A stretch of 63,234 nt of DNA, filler included, from Octopus bimaculoides (GCF_001194135.2; 5 parts of 4 records of this genome joined end to end with filler, not necessarily neighbours in it); one strand, 5' to 3'. Numbered from the whole stretch's first letter, positions 1-13,369 are shown. Notes: generated by a model from the letters alone, not told the origin. A program made the numbers and translations.

Positions 1-230
1 ATATATATATATATATATATATTGTATTACACTCAACACATGGGGATAATCGAAAATCCACTCTTCCCTTTTCTTACAATAGATATATAGAGACACACAC
101 ACGCACACATACATGCCTATATACATATATATATATATTCAGAGTGATAGATAGATACATAGTTAGATATGTACACACACATACAGACCCCCCCCCACAC
201 ACACATATATATATATATACATATATATAC

Positions 231-388
231 ACGACGGGCTTGTTTCAGTTTTCTGTCTACCAATTCCACTCACAAGGCTTCGGTTGGCCCGAGGCTATAG
301 AAGAAGACACATGTCTAAGGTGCCACGCAGTGGGACTGAACCCAGAACCATGCAGTTGAGGAACCGAGCTTCTCACCACACAGCCACT
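231..388 (-). mobile_element. tRNA-derived SINE family A, 5' half
   Basis: The minus strand has A-box-like TGGCTGTGTGG and B-box-like GGTTCAGTCCC. The body is homologous to the copies at 7366-7512, 43653-43815, 49669-49836 and 63005-63175, and runs into an (AT)n tract. Confidence 0.85.
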
Positions 389-1149
389 CTTTTGTGTGTG
401 CCAAGTTTTAGTCTCTGCAATTTCTTTTCGAATTCATTTCATAATTGGTGTAATGATATAGTTTATATGCTAATCAATGCCTTGAAATTCATTTTTGTCA
501 TTAATCAATAAATAAAGAATTAATAGCTTTTAAAGTTTGAAACTTTTGTGTAATTTTTGCCCATCGTAAGCGACAGACGCATTCTTGCCTGTTTCCATAG
601 TAATATACCAAGCAGGAGAACTCTTTTGTCAGCGAGAAAGCACGTGTTGACAAATATATTCTATTCACTGAAGTGGTGGTGAGGTGTGCTAAAAACAACT
701 GCTAAGGAACGATTAAATCATGCACACCCACAATTTTGCCTTTGATTTTTCTATAAACGTATGAATTTCTGTGTGTAGAAAACAAATTCAGAAAAGTTTC
801 TTGAAAATGTCAAAAAATTAAAAATTTTTGAGGGGTTATATGGCGTGCATTAAGAAGAATTCCGGCCGCATTTCGTTTCGTTACAGTTGACAACCCGTTC
901 TGTTACGCACAAAATGACAACTCTCAAATACTGTTTTGTGACTGGGTGAAGATTATCAAATATGAAACCTCTAAAACTTAAAAAAAAAAAAATCTGGAAA
1001 AAGTGAACTATCTCCTGAGATTCAGTGAGAGAAACTACATTAATGTATTTTAAATTTTCCATATACTTTCAATTTTTGATGATTTGCAGCCCACCTGTAA
1101 ATATTCTATATATATCTTCATTATTTATGAATGAAGGAGATGAGACCCA

Positions 1150-1300
1150 GGCTACATATGTTTCCTAGCTCGCAGAACCTCAGAAGTAGTAATTATCCAA
1201 AGGATGGGCTCTCCACTAGCTACTCATTAGGTCAAACACACCTTAGTCACATGAAGGTTACATTGTCGCAAGGGATCTCATGTTAACTTGCAGGAAATTT
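1150..1300. repeat. Dispersed repeat of unknown family, homologous to 19460-19610
   Basis: Collinear shared blocks TACAT.GTTTCCTAGCT.GCAGA.CCTC, TACTCAT.AGG and CATGAAGGTT.CATT occur at both loci. Confidence 0.6.
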
Positions 1301-2046
1301 GATGGAAAATTCGTGAAAAGCACAGAGAACAAAAGAGAAAAGATATTTGTGAAGAGGTAATATATGAGCGTGAGTAAGCGTCTAAATTTGTGAAGGGAAA
1401 GAATAAGAATTCGATAAAAGAAACGAAGAGGGGGAAGAAGAGTAAGGGAAAATTGGTATTATTGAAGTTCGCTTGCGGGATTTCATTGTGAATTGAGTCA
1501 TGGGTCATTACTGAGTTTCCTGTAGAACAATGAATTATCAAATATAGTGACACCCTGTAAATACATTTAAACAGCAAAAATAAAAAGAATAACGAGGAGG
1601 AATGTCAGGAACAGGAGAGAAAGAAAACATATAGAAGAGTAAGCTAGAATTTGTTAGGAGATGCGGAAAAGAAGGAGATGAAGCAGAAGATAACGATTTT
1701 GGTCAATAGGGGAATTTCGTAGTTCTAGGTAACTTGGTAGTTTATTGTTTAACGGGAAAACTAAGCAAGCATCTATTAGCTCGCACACGCGTATTTTTGT
1801 GCGCCTGTAATATTGTATAGGCTGTTGTACGCTAATATGGCTTGCATAGTTTTCACGTTAAGCGATGAACTCCCAACTTACTTTGAACTACTGGGTTCCC
1901 CTACTAACCAAAATAATTATCTTCCACCTCCATTTCCTTCCCCCGTCTCCTAACAAATTCTATGTTACTACTACTCGTATGCTTTTTTTGTTCTTGAAGC
2001 TTACTAACTTCCTATACCTTCATCCTTGAATCTTCCCATTACATGT

Positions 2047-2083
<37 letters not shown>

Positions 2084-5000
2084 AGCGTAAGCAAAAGCAA
2101 ATATGTGTACAAAGTTGTAAGGAAGATGTTTCTCCTTCAGTCCTTATTTTAAGAATCGTTTTAGCGCCTGCTTGAACCTTCCATGCATCATCAGTTTTCA
2201 TTAGAATTATATTCAATTAGAATTGGGATTAAATTCAATAAGTATGATTGTTCATTAACAGCAACATATGTTCTTCTATACTGCACCAAAATGTAGTGTA
2301 TGGAAAGTCAGTCAGTGAAACCGGCGTAACCGTTTTTCTCATACCGTTCATGTCATTAACTGAGACTGTGAGTTGCTCCTTCTGGTTCTGTAATGTTTCA
2401 TTTATATGAAAACTATATAAGTAACCGTGATTCTTATTTCGAATCTTCTCTAAGATATTAAATAACTTACAGCTCCATAAATATTTGCGATGCATGATCT
2501 GATGTTTATTTCTTTACGTGCAAAAAATATACAGCCCAAATGAACTATTCAAATGTCATGGAAAGTTTCATATATATTAGTTAATTATGTATATACTTGA
2601 TACATGCACGTATACACACACATTACACACATATACACACACATATATATATATATGCATATGTGTGTACGTATATGTGTGTATGTATGTATGTCTACAT
2701 ACATATAGTAATATAATCGTATAGCAAATACAGCTGGAATTAAGAGACATTCCATTCATCAAGTCCATTTGGACATCAGAAGAATTTCGGTACCTTGTAA
2801 CTTGATAATATGATTCTTTTCAGAAGTCCGGCGAATTATTGATGTTACCAGAAAATGTGCAGATTCTTTTGGTGTACACTGTAGCATTTTTTTTTTCCTT
2901 TTATTATGTATAATGTGATGAAATCATATTTACGTATACACGCACATAGACATATATTTATGTTATATACATGAATATATATGTGTGTGTATATGTGTAT
3001 GTGTGTGCGTGTGTTTGTGTGTGCGTGTGTGTATGTATGTGCGTGGCTATATGTGTGTGTATGTACATTTATGAGTATGCATGCATCCGTTTTTATCTAA
3101 GTGTACATATAATCAAACATTGTCTTACAAGTAAATGAGCAAATTTGATGATTTATAGATGTCTCCATAGAATGTGAACCAACAATACAGCAGGGAAATT
3201 CCATTGTTTTACAGCTACACAATGAACATTTTCCTTACCACCTATTCAAAACTAAACCGCCACGTTTGAGTATTACCATCAATTCTGTGTTTTGGCAATA
3301 ATAAATACATTATTATACATCAGGCTCAGATATTACATTCAACTGGCTGACTAGACGGTCCCAAAAGCTATTGTCGTTTTCTTGTCCATTCCGGTTCAGT
3401 AAATTGAGATGAAACTAAGGGATATGCTTTGTTATACTAGCCGACTACAAATAACTTTCATAACAAAACTATGTAAGTTTATTGTATAAAATTAGTGTTT
3501 TGTGCAACAACATACACAAGTATAGAAATGCGCGTACACGTATAAACACAGTCACCGATACACATACACTTGCCACACGGACGTATGCACACATATATTT
3601 GTATACATATACATATGTGTGTGTGTGTGCGTCTGTGTGTGTGTGTGTGCTTGCGTTGTGTGTGTGTGTTTACACATATATGTGAATTTGTGAATGTGAA
3701 TGTGTTTAGACTAATATATGTTTTTGAATAAGGTAAGTGAATTGCAGAAACAGTGCCACTGAATCACATCATGTGTTGCTTGATATTTGTGCATTAAATT
3801 AGTGAAGCATCAGTGATACTCGTTTGTTCACCAAGTTGTCGAAATATATCAACAGGACCAAAAAAAAAAAAGAGAAAAATTCGGTAACGTTCTAAAGAGT
3901 TAGAAGTTATGCCAAGTTTCATGGGAACATTGACTGGTTATGTAACAACATTAACCAAACCTAAAGCAATTGGATATCATAAAATGGAAGAGAAAAACTG
4001 TCGGTGAACAGTTTCTGCAGAGCAGTGTATATTTGCCAATAAATTCATTAGCTGAGGAGTCAAGAAACTTGATAGTAGTGATACCGATATTGCTTTGCAA
4101 TTCAAATTCTGCTCGGAAATTTAACTGGTATCAATCAAAGGTTCAGTTTTTTTTAATACCTTATCTCTTTTAATCTAATCATATCAAAAAGGATGAGGTT
4201 TACATGCCTTTCTGAGAATCAGCAATTCAAACTATTTATAAAATTCACTATAAAAGGTTGATTTGATTTTCTGGCGTCGGGATTACTGGAAATGTTTAAC
4301 ACTAACACGTGTCGTTTCCATTCGGCAACATCTAGGGTCTTTGTAGACGCTGATAACTAATTCGCTATCTCTTTGTGAATGCCGATACCTAACTCGTTAT
4401 CTCTTTCTGTTTTGTCGGCTTAAAACTGTATAGATTTAAGGCTCTCGTGCATTGAGTGCAGTTCTGAACATATTTCGGTTGCCCTATGCGACAAGATCAT
4501 TAGAAATATATGGGTGTATTAACATGATTCATGATAACACGTTATTCTTGAGGCTACACAAAGGTGTTCGTTATCGTCTGTAAGCACAACGACTCTAAGT
4601 TTACTAACTTGATGTATGTAATATAGTATCGATTTCTCTTGTCATATGCACTGTCTCAATGCTGTTAATTATTTACATAAAGGTATATTCGTTACAAATT
4701 CCATCGCGGTTTATTTAATACATTCACATAGTTTTGCCAAGATAAGATAGTATATTATTGGTGAATATGATTTGAATTTAAAATATTATGGAGGTTTCAG
4801 TAACGTCATCACTAACGTTGAGGAGAAGCCATAAATTTATAGAAGTAGGGCATCATCTATATAATTCCAAGTATTTTATTAGGCTTTCAATGCTGAAACA
4901 TACCGAATTACCGGGAAGACATTTAGTTGGGTATTGTAACAGTTCTACCGCTACAGTGTCCAACCTTCATTGAAGTGAAATAATATCGAATCAATACGTT

Positions 5001-5479
5001 TCGTATTCTCGGGTATGGCGAACATGAATAATCGCTTTTATATGTCTCCTCAAAGATAATTATACGAAAATCGAAACATGATAACTAATGAATAGCACAA
5101 TAAATCTTTATTTCCTTAAGTAATTTGCTCCAAATTCATCCTGCTATATTCGTATGCGCACGGTCTAATATGAGTAAGAAATTATGTCAGACAACCAACA
5201 AACTAACTTTCTAATACGTTAAACAATTTGTACGCAAGGCTTTGAATTACGCATGCGCTATGGGATACCACTTTCCTTTTACAGGTTCAATAAACTATTT
5301 GTATTACTTTCGTCCTTTCGGAGTTTGGATTAGCATAACTTCTACCTATTAATTCAGTATTATTAAAGCTAATATCCTGGAATAAGACTGGTGATGTTTC
5401 TCTTGAAGTTATAATGATATTTCAGATGCTCCTACGAATAAAAGCTTAGTTAAGATATCCAGTTCTTCTTTAGTTCTTA

Positions 5480-5595
5480 TCGGCATTTCATCCATCTTAT
5501 GTTCTGAGCTCGAATTCCGCCGACGTTGACTTTTCCTGTAATTGACTAATTCTCGCTTTTGCTGGCCTTGTGCTAAAATTTGAAGTCAATATTTT
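5480..5595 (+). mobile_element. Degenerate SINE family B fragment
   Basis: GTTCTGAGCTCGAATTCCGCCGACGTTGACTTT and the tail GGCCTTGTGC match the family B copy at 43417-43635. Confidence 0.6.
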
Positions 5596-7074
5596 TCTAG
5601 GCAGTGAATTATTTATCCTATATTATAATTATAATAATTAAAAATATTCCATAAGAAAAAAATTATATGTAGTATGTTAATCAAGGTTTGAATGCGATCA
5701 AGATTTTCGCCCCTGCATTTTCATTTAAATACAAATTAACACACCTTACCATTCGGATTCTTAGCAACACTGTATACAAATATCTTCCTAAAAAATCATT
5801 AAATCAAATACATTATAGAAAGCCTAATTTCAATGCCTTTAGTCAAAAGCATATTGCTTTAAGGAGGTCGAAAATGATGAAGAAGCATGCATTGAATTGG
5901 ATAAACCTAAATTCATTTCAAATAAAATGTTTTCCTTCTTTGTTTGCCTGTAAACTTATACATTTGCATAAATTCAACGTTGAAATATGCGAGCAAATTA
6001 TATCCAAATGCAAACAATTTATAAATCAGTGTTTGTCCTGGAGTCCCGAATTATGACAGAGCTTCTTAATTTAATCAATGTATTTATTTAAGCTTTCATT
6101 AAATTAGCTCTTAAATTATGTAATTTGTTGATGCATATTTGAGTAGCATGACAAAAATAATTCAGTTATTAACGTAAATTCATTTCCGGCGGTTCTTTGC
6201 AAAGGCTAAACGAATCTATGAATAGTCTTAAGACTCAATACGCACTATCTTTATACGATACATATTATTGTGCTGCCATTTTCTCCATAGAAAATGATAA
6301 GAACATATATTCATTAGTAAAATTCTGTTTGCAATTCTTTTAATACATATTTAAGTTAAGATTATAAAACAGAAATATGATGTACCCCTGTATGTGCATG
6401 GCTTTGTATGCTCGTGTGTTCGTGTTTTTACACATACATATATATGTGTACATGTCTAAACACATATACGTGCGTGTATACACATATTTCTGCATACTGC
6501 TTATCTTGGGCGTTACGAGCATATTTTTCGTCTAATTTGTACATATATTACGTGTTAGACAAGTAATTAAGTTGATTAAGATATTATTTGATTAAGAAAT
6601 TATTTGAGCCTCGGTTAACTGCTGATGAAAGGCTAGTGTTACTTTAATTGTGTGTAGGTCTATGTGTTTTATCTGTGTTCCCTGTTTAATTATATATATG
6701 ATGTTAACATCATGCAAAATTTGTGTTCACATTTAGGTCTTTCTCCCAGCGTCCATCTTATCTAGTCTTTCGTCTTCCCTATCTGTCTATTTGTTGACTT
6801 TTTTGTCTCTGTCTCTCTCATGTTTCGTCACTCGTTCTCTCACCCATTTATACGCCTCTTCCGATTTCAGTCTCATTCTCAGTTCAATCTTAAACCTCAA
6901 AATCTACCTTTATACCCTCCCATGACTCGCTTCCTTCTGTCCGATTGCAAATCTCTTAATGGTTATTTAGCTCCCCGTCGAGTCTCCTTATTTGCTCAAG
7001 AACTAACATCTAACTTCCAACACTGATCTTCTCAAAATGTTACCCTCTGCACAATCATCTCCGCTTTGTTTTTA

Positions 7075-7299
7075 TACTCTTTTATTATTATACTTGTTTC
7101 AGTCATTTGACTGCGGTCATGCTGGAGCACCGCCTTTATAGTCGAACAAATCGACCCCAGAGCTTATTCTTTGTAAGCCTAGTACTTATTCTATCGGTCT
7201 TTTTGGCCGAACCGTTAAGTTACTGGGACGCAAACACACCAGCATCGGTTGTCAAACGACGCTGGGGGACAAACAGACACACAAGCATACACACACACA

Positions 7300-7369
<70 letters not shown>

Positions 7370-7512
7370 GGTCTTCTTCCTGTTTCCGTCGACCAAATCC
7401 ACTCACAAAGCTTATAGTAGATGACACTTGCCCAAGTTGCCACGCTGTGGGACTGAACCCGGGACCATGTGGTTGGTTAGCAAACTACATACCACACACC
7501 CACTCCTGCGCA
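7075..7512 (-). mobile_element. Full-length SINE family A with internal (CA)n(TA)n microsatellite
   Basis: tRNA-like head at 7512-7440, internal microsatellite at about 7290-7365, and the conserved 3' half (GGCGGTGCTCCAGCATG.CCGCAGTCAAATGACTGAAACAAG) ending in an A-rich tail. Confidence 0.9.
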
Positions 7513-8239
7513 TATTTCTTTATTTCTTGTCGAAATATTACGTTACTCAAAATACTCTGTAATTTCGTTCTCTGTTCTTTTTGCTTGAACAATAGGAGTA
7601 ATTTTTTTACTTCTGCATTCATCTTATTGCTTGCCTTAAATGCTACTCCTGATGCACTGACCGAGTGATACTGCCTTGATATTTAGTCAACTGCTGCTGA
7701 TGGATATCTATCGCTATCTTATTTATATCTCGTCCTTAATAGTTTACTTCTTTCCTGTGAATATTCTTACTCAATTATGTATGTGTGTTTGTATGTATGT
7801 ATACATATATATATATACTTATATACGTGCGCGCCTGCGTGTGTGTGCGTGTGTGCTTGTTAGTGTGTCTATCGCAAGTTTAATGAGATTTTAGGGAATT
7901 ACTTTAAAACTACAACGATTTATCTGTTTACCAAAATAATATCTTTTTGTTTTGAAGTAACGCCGCTATTTTATTTAAGTTGTAATACAACTCCATCAGA
8001 TAAACTGTATTTTAATTAAATAGTGCGTTTGTTTTCATTTAAGAGTAGCTAAATAGCTGAGTAGATAATCCCAGCCTCCATCAGATTTAGCTACTGTGCA
8101 CTTCTCAATTTTGACTGAGAGCTTATGTAACAGCTAAAGTACTAAATAATCACGAATCGAGTATAATGAGTGCTACCTGTATTTAATCCCTATTACATTC
8201 CACAAATTATTAGCGCTGATATAAATAACAAAACCAGAA

Positions 8240-8830
8240 TGTAACAAAGCAATCTTTCCGGTGTCGCTGAACCTTCTAAAATTATCTTAAAGCGGAGTAT
8301 TTCCTTTCCACACGACAAGTGATTTAACGAAGGCTCTTACGAGACATATTTCAGAGCAATATACATCTAACATCTGAAACCGTCACTCTACCTTTCAATA
8401 GTAAATTTTTCATCGACGAGAAGATTACTGAGGTAATCAGTTTAATCTGAAATCATTCAGCAACCTAACTTTAAGAATCTACAGCCATTATAGAAAAGGT
8501 AACTAGACCAAGCGTTTTCTTAATAAACACTTGAACCACCCGCATAGTATTATCACGAACTGTCCACAAGGCTCTGTGGGTACGAAACATTGGGTACTTC
8601 TATGAAAGATTTTATTGTAATAATTACTGCCCTATTTTTTAGGGTCTGCTTTTTCTGATATATCTTTTATTAAGTATCTATCTATTTATGTATATATATA
8701 TAACTTTTCAAAGTAAACTCTGTAATCGTTACCAATATAGCATAAGATTTCACCTCAAAGAATCATTAATTAGATTCCTTAAGGATCGCTCTCCTTGTTT
8801 ATATATCCAAAGTTTCAAATTTATACATTT
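8240..8830 (+). mobile_element. Highly decayed Penelope-like GIY-YIG C-terminal remnants
   Basis: The peptide RFHLKESLIRFLKDRSPCLYIQ (ORF 8688-8909) resembles the LKIKESLLI..KPSLN terminus of PLE endonucleases. A similar decayed motif lies at about 8440-8490. Confidence 0.35.
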
Positions 8831-9019
8831 AAAAAAGAGATTTAACACCGGAGTTTATGTATCCAAGTCTTCATTCAATGTAAACATTTCTGTGTATAAC
8901 TATATTTAACCATTAAAATAAGTTAAATATATTAGTTGTATTACACGTCATCGGGAATGATTTTCATTAGAACAAAAAACCAAAAGAAAACTTAATGAAT
9001 TGATCGAACAAATCAATTT

Positions 9020-9330
9020 TAAAAAACTATACCATTTTCGGTTAAATACGAGATCTTCTCTGTTTACTTCCGCTAATTTGTATGGGAGGTAACTCCTTGG
9101 TCAGTTCTATGATTTAATTATTCAAGATATATAAATTATCTTAATGGCCACTGGAAAGCTACAATTACTATTGACTGATTCTACATTTACATGTCTGCCT
9201 TAAAACCCAATATTATACTACATATTACCATAAGCTGTGAACTAAAAAAATGTTCATAGGAATAATTGCTTCTTGGATTTTTTTCAAACCCCGCAAGTGA
9301 TATGTTGAATTTATACTTTAACATATTAAC
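9020..9330 (-). mobile_element. Decayed Penelope-like GIY-YIG region
   Basis: The minus-strand translation gives TCKCRISQ...DNLY...ISGSKQR with stops, resembling the CNCR..CPL..C...VVY...YIG.T...FKQR motif of PLEs. Confidence 0.35.
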
Positions 9331-10016
9331 ATTGTCTGCTATAATTATTATATTCTATGGATTCCATACTATAAATTATAAATTATAAACACTTCCCATC
9401 TTATTTGAGATCCACAGTGTGCCATCTTATCTCTAGTATTTAATTTAATACCTACATATATTATTGTCAAGTTATACACTTATATATTCTGCTTTAAGAT
9501 CTAATAATAGACTATATTGTAGTGTACTGTATTACCAGTTATAATTAACTCTTCATTATAATCAATCTATACTAAGTTGTGCCTAGATTTAAATAGCAAA
9601 TTCCCAGCCGCTACCTATAACTTTAATATTTAATATTTCCATATGGCCTGCCTTCATATCTAATATTATATACCATTATTATTATTACTATTGTTATTAT
9701 TATTGTTCTTCTTATTATTGTTATTATTATTATTATTAATATTATATTACAACTTGTTTCAATCTAGTAAACCTCCTCTTATAAACTGTCCAAACCTTTA
9801 TGCCGGAACCTAGGATTGGTCTTCATTATTAAAAGTTATATTACTATTATTAACAGATAATTTGGGGGGTCTAAGTGAAATATTTTTAATAAAACCATCA
9901 ACAAAAATAATACTCCTAAATTATTACTACAATGCACTATCACAACTATTATTTGTACGTTATATACTAATGTACCCTATTTAAGGATCTAAATTTATCT
10001 TATAATTTAGTATATA

Positions 10017-10276
10017 CTAGCAGAAATACCCGGCTTTGCCCGGGTTAAAGAGAATAATGAAATCTAAAAACGCCGTCTAGACTATACAACCCTCAACTGT
10101 TAGTAGCTACGATACCATATTTCTACATTAATAACTCTCCAATCCATGCCAGCATGGAACATAGACATTGAGTGGAATGCCAGTCTCTCATCTGGGAGGG
10201 CCTTGAAATCAATGTTACCAACTGGGGACTATGTGTGTCGTAGTGATAATAAAAAGACTCAAAGGAGGTCTGCAAA
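10017..10276 (-). mobile_element. Helitron 3' terminus (probably non-autonomous; 5' part runs into the gap)
   Basis: On the minus strand, the hairpin ACCCGG-GCAAAG-CCGGGT (10028-10045) is followed by 7 nt and then CTAG (10017-10020), with a flanking T. This is the canonical Helitron 3' end, and the same hairpin stem occurs at 20836-20853. Confidence 0.7.
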
Positions 10277-10376
10277 NNNNNNNNNNNNNNNNNNNNNNNN
10301 NNNNNNNNNNNNNNNNNNNNTTAATTAATTAANNNNNNNNNNNNNNNNNNNNNNNNNNNNNNNNNNNNNNNNNNNN

Positions 10377-10690
10377 GAATATTTTTTATTATACCTAAGG
10401 CACCTACTATGATAGGAATTGTTTCTGTTTTTAGATTCCACATTCGAGTTACCTCTATTTCCAGGTCTTTGTATTTTGAAAGTTTTTCCATTTCTTTTAG
10501 GGAAACGTTGTCATCTGCTGGTATTGATACATCGATTAGAAAGCATTTTTTTTTCTTCATGAGATTTGACAACTATATCTGGTCTATTTGCCTTAATTTC
10601 TCCATTTGTGTGTATTGGCATATCCCAGAATATGGTTGCTTTCTCGTTTTCTGTGACCTTTTCTGGCGTGTGTTTATATCATATTTTTTT
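10377..10690 (-). mobile_element. R4/Dong-like non-LTR retrotransposon, REL endonuclease fragment
   Basis: Peptide [59 protein letters not shown] (PD-(D/E)xK REL motif). It is nearly identical to 28153-28499. Confidence 0.85.
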
Positions 10691-10932
10691 TTCTTTTATT
10701 ATATATAATTAAGAGAATGAGATAAAAATCCAAGGTTGTTAAAGATTTCAGAACATTTTTAAATGTTAATTTCTTTTATATATATGCATGCTAATGTATG
10801 GCCTATGTTGGACTCCTCATTCGCATAATCACTGAACCTGGAGCTTAACTATAGTCTGTCCATAGCACTTACTCAGCATTACCTGACACCTTCGCGTCTT
10901 CTTGACACCATTACCTCTCATAACCTATATAT

Positions 10933-11112
10933 ATTGGCACAAGGACTGAAATTTTGGGGGAGAGGACTAATCAATTACATCGATAGCAGTACTCAACAGG
11001 TGCTTACTTTATCGTCCCCGAAAGGATGAAAGGCAAAGCCGACCTAGGTGGAATTTGAACTCAGAAAATAGCGGCTGACGAAATACCGCTAAGCATTTCG
11101 CCCGGCACCTGC
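10933..11112 (-). mobile_element. SINE family B
   Basis: The minus strand reads CTGAGTTCAAATTCCACCTAGGTCGGCTTTGCCTTTCATCCTTTCGGGGACGATAAAG, the family B B-box and body. Confidence 0.8.
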
Positions 11113-11230
11113 CCCAGAAGTCAGAGCACCCACGATTTTATAGGGTTTTTCAATGAGCATCTTTCGAAAGTTTCCTCCCTATTGAGGATTTGTTTTCTAT
11201 TATGTTAAATATTGTTTGCACGCATTAACA

Positions 11231-11236
11231 TTATTA

Positions 11237-11292
<56 letters not shown>
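11231..11292. repeat. (ATT)n microsatellite at the 3' end of an R4-like element
   Basis: Direct observation. Confidence 0.95.
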
Positions 11293-12025
11293 TTATGTTT
11301 GACTTTTGCTTTGCATTTGTACAAGTTGGATCCAAGTCTCACCCAGAGACCTCAAGAGACAAGTTAGAAGTTCATGTAGGTGTTATGCCTAGGGTACCAT
11401 ATATTTGGATTTGTACAGTTTTGTTCTAGTGAATGTTTAAGAAACCATAAGAAAATTATGTTTGTTTTAAAATTTGTGATCACATAGACAGTATTTTACG
11501 TAGGATATGGGCAGTTCCCATGAGCACTATCTTTTGAACTTCAGCCATTTTGGGGTTTCCTGGTATCTGAGCTAGGTAGTAATCAGCCCGTTTCGCTGTC
11601 ATTCCCAGGGCACCTATGACAATAGGTATTGTTTTCGTCTTCAGATTCCACATTTTGCTAATTTCTATTTCAAGATCTTTATATTTGCTCAGTTTTTGGT
11701 AGGTCTTGACAGATACGTTTATAACGATTGGGACAGTCATATCAATGAGGAGGCATGATTTTTGTCTGAAGTCTTTCAATATGATACCTGGCCTATTTGC
11801 ATCTCTCTTTCTGTTAGTTTGAATGGTGAAGTTCCAGAGGAATGCGATGTGATCATTTTCAAGTACTGGGGGTGGGTTGTGTTCCCACCAGTTTTTATTA
11901 TGGGGCAAGTCCAGGTTTTTGCAAATTACCCAGTGAATATATTGTGCAGCTCTATCATGCCTGTTGAGATACTCTGTAGGCGCAAGCAAACTGCACATGG
12001 AGACAACATGATCGATGGTCACTAT
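11293..12025 (-). mobile_element. 5'-truncated R4/Dong-like LINE (REL domain plus 3'UTR) inserted in (TAA)n
   Basis: ORF 11480-12031 gives TIDHVVSMC (end of zinc knuckle), RHDRAAQYIHW, LWNFTIQTNRKRDANRPGIILKD, CLLIDMTVP and [11 protein letters not shown] repeats flank both sides. Confidence 0.9.
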
Positions 12026-12027
12026 TA

Positions 12028-12093
<66 letters not shown>
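12024..12093. repeat. (ATT)n microsatellite at the 5' junction of the R4-like element
   Basis: Direct observation. Confidence 0.95.
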
Positions 12094-12936
12094 GTTTTGT
12101 TTTTTAGTGTTCATGCTTGTAAGCAAGGAAAGAACACCTATACCCAAACCTGAATACCGGAGTTTCGCTGTTCTTCATGCGATTTGCCACTTCATACTAC
12201 AACCAACCTCACATTTATAGAAGAACGTATTTGTTTATTAAATCGGTGGCAATATATTCCTCACAACTATTTGTTTTATCAAAGCATAAGTGGGACACAA
12301 GAGGTAAAAGATCCATGGGAATTTCATTTGTGATTTGGAAGGAAACAAAGGATATTATCTGAGTCGGATATTATAGAAACCAGCTTTACCTTCTGCTCGT
12401 TTACAATAAAACTACCTTAGAAAATTATCCACTATATAATAGAGCTTACAAGATATTGTAATATATGTATTTTTATTTAGATTGTAATGGATGTTTAATC
12501 GAGGGTAGATGCCACAAATTCGGACAAAAATGGATGGAAAAAACAGATATTATGTGTGCTCGGAAACAGTGTCGCCGTATGAGTCAAACCCAATGGAAAG
12601 TATTAGTAAAAAAAGTTTGTAAGTTGACAAAGAAAATTTTTGTTTCCTTTTTTCACTACAAGTTTTAAAAACTCAACGATGGTTTATATTTGCATTCTTT
12701 TGATTGCGTTAGGCCAGTTTCAAAAACTGATCATTATTGACCATTTACTAGCGTTAACTGTGAGATTGATGTACCACACCTCACAGACAGTTATATCAAG
12801 CCTAGTAATCGACGGATTCTTAGGTTATTTAACTCGATTGACGAAAGGTAATGTCCAACACAGCAGGGTTTGTTTTCAGTGCGTAACCCAATGTAGCTGA
12901 ATACCGCAAATCATTTTGTCTGGCGCTCTAACCATT

Positions 12937-13065
12937 CTGGTGAGTTGGCAGCAGAATCATTAGCATTTCGGACAGAATGCTCAGCGGCATTTCTTCTGGA
13001 TCTTTACGTACTGAGATTAAATTCCGCCGTGTTAAAATTCGGCATTCATTCCTTCATGCACGAAA
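12937..13065 (+). mobile_element. Degenerate SINE family B head
   Basis: GGTGAGTTGGCAGCAGAATCATTAGCA...CTGAGATTAAATTCCGCCG matches the family B head. Confidence 0.65.
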
Positions 13066-13369
13066 TTTAAAGGAAAAGGCACATGTTGGAGTCGATGAAA
13101 TATACTGGTTGCCTCTCCTCAAATATTGCTGGTATTAAAACCTTTGACGGATAGGCGTCCTGTTCACCGGGATCATGGTTACTTAAACGCTATGGATAAT
13201 GAATAACTGGTAATATGATTCCTAGGGCTAAAGGCAAATAGAATAAGCGATTCTCACATTTCAATGCCTAACTTGAATTATAAGTTACCTAGCTGGTATA
13301 TTTCAAGGAATTAGCTTTTGTGAGCATCTTAAACTATATTTATGTGTATGTAACATCAATTAACATACG

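Noticed and set aside
2347-2389. Possible small minus-strand exon (NQKEQLTVSVNDMN, donor GTATGA); similar candidates near 3235-3285 and 14945-14990
   Set aside because: The acceptors are weak or the peptides unrecognised, and such short AG-GT intervals arise by chance. RNA evidence is needed.
5688-6056. 122-aa ORF
   Set aside because: It is AT-rich, starts at TTG and has no recognisable motif, so it is expected by chance.
8115-8141. Further hammerhead-like remnants (also about 6620, 17075-17110, 20670-20695, 26657-26685)
   Set aside because: Each has multiple core or stem defects and cannot be distinguished from chance without a family consensus.
10321-10332. TTAATTAATTAA between N runs (also 34415-34426, 54713-54724, 58874-58885)
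   Set aside because: An identical 12-mer always sits inside gaps and has stops in all frames, so it is an assembly linker rather than biology.
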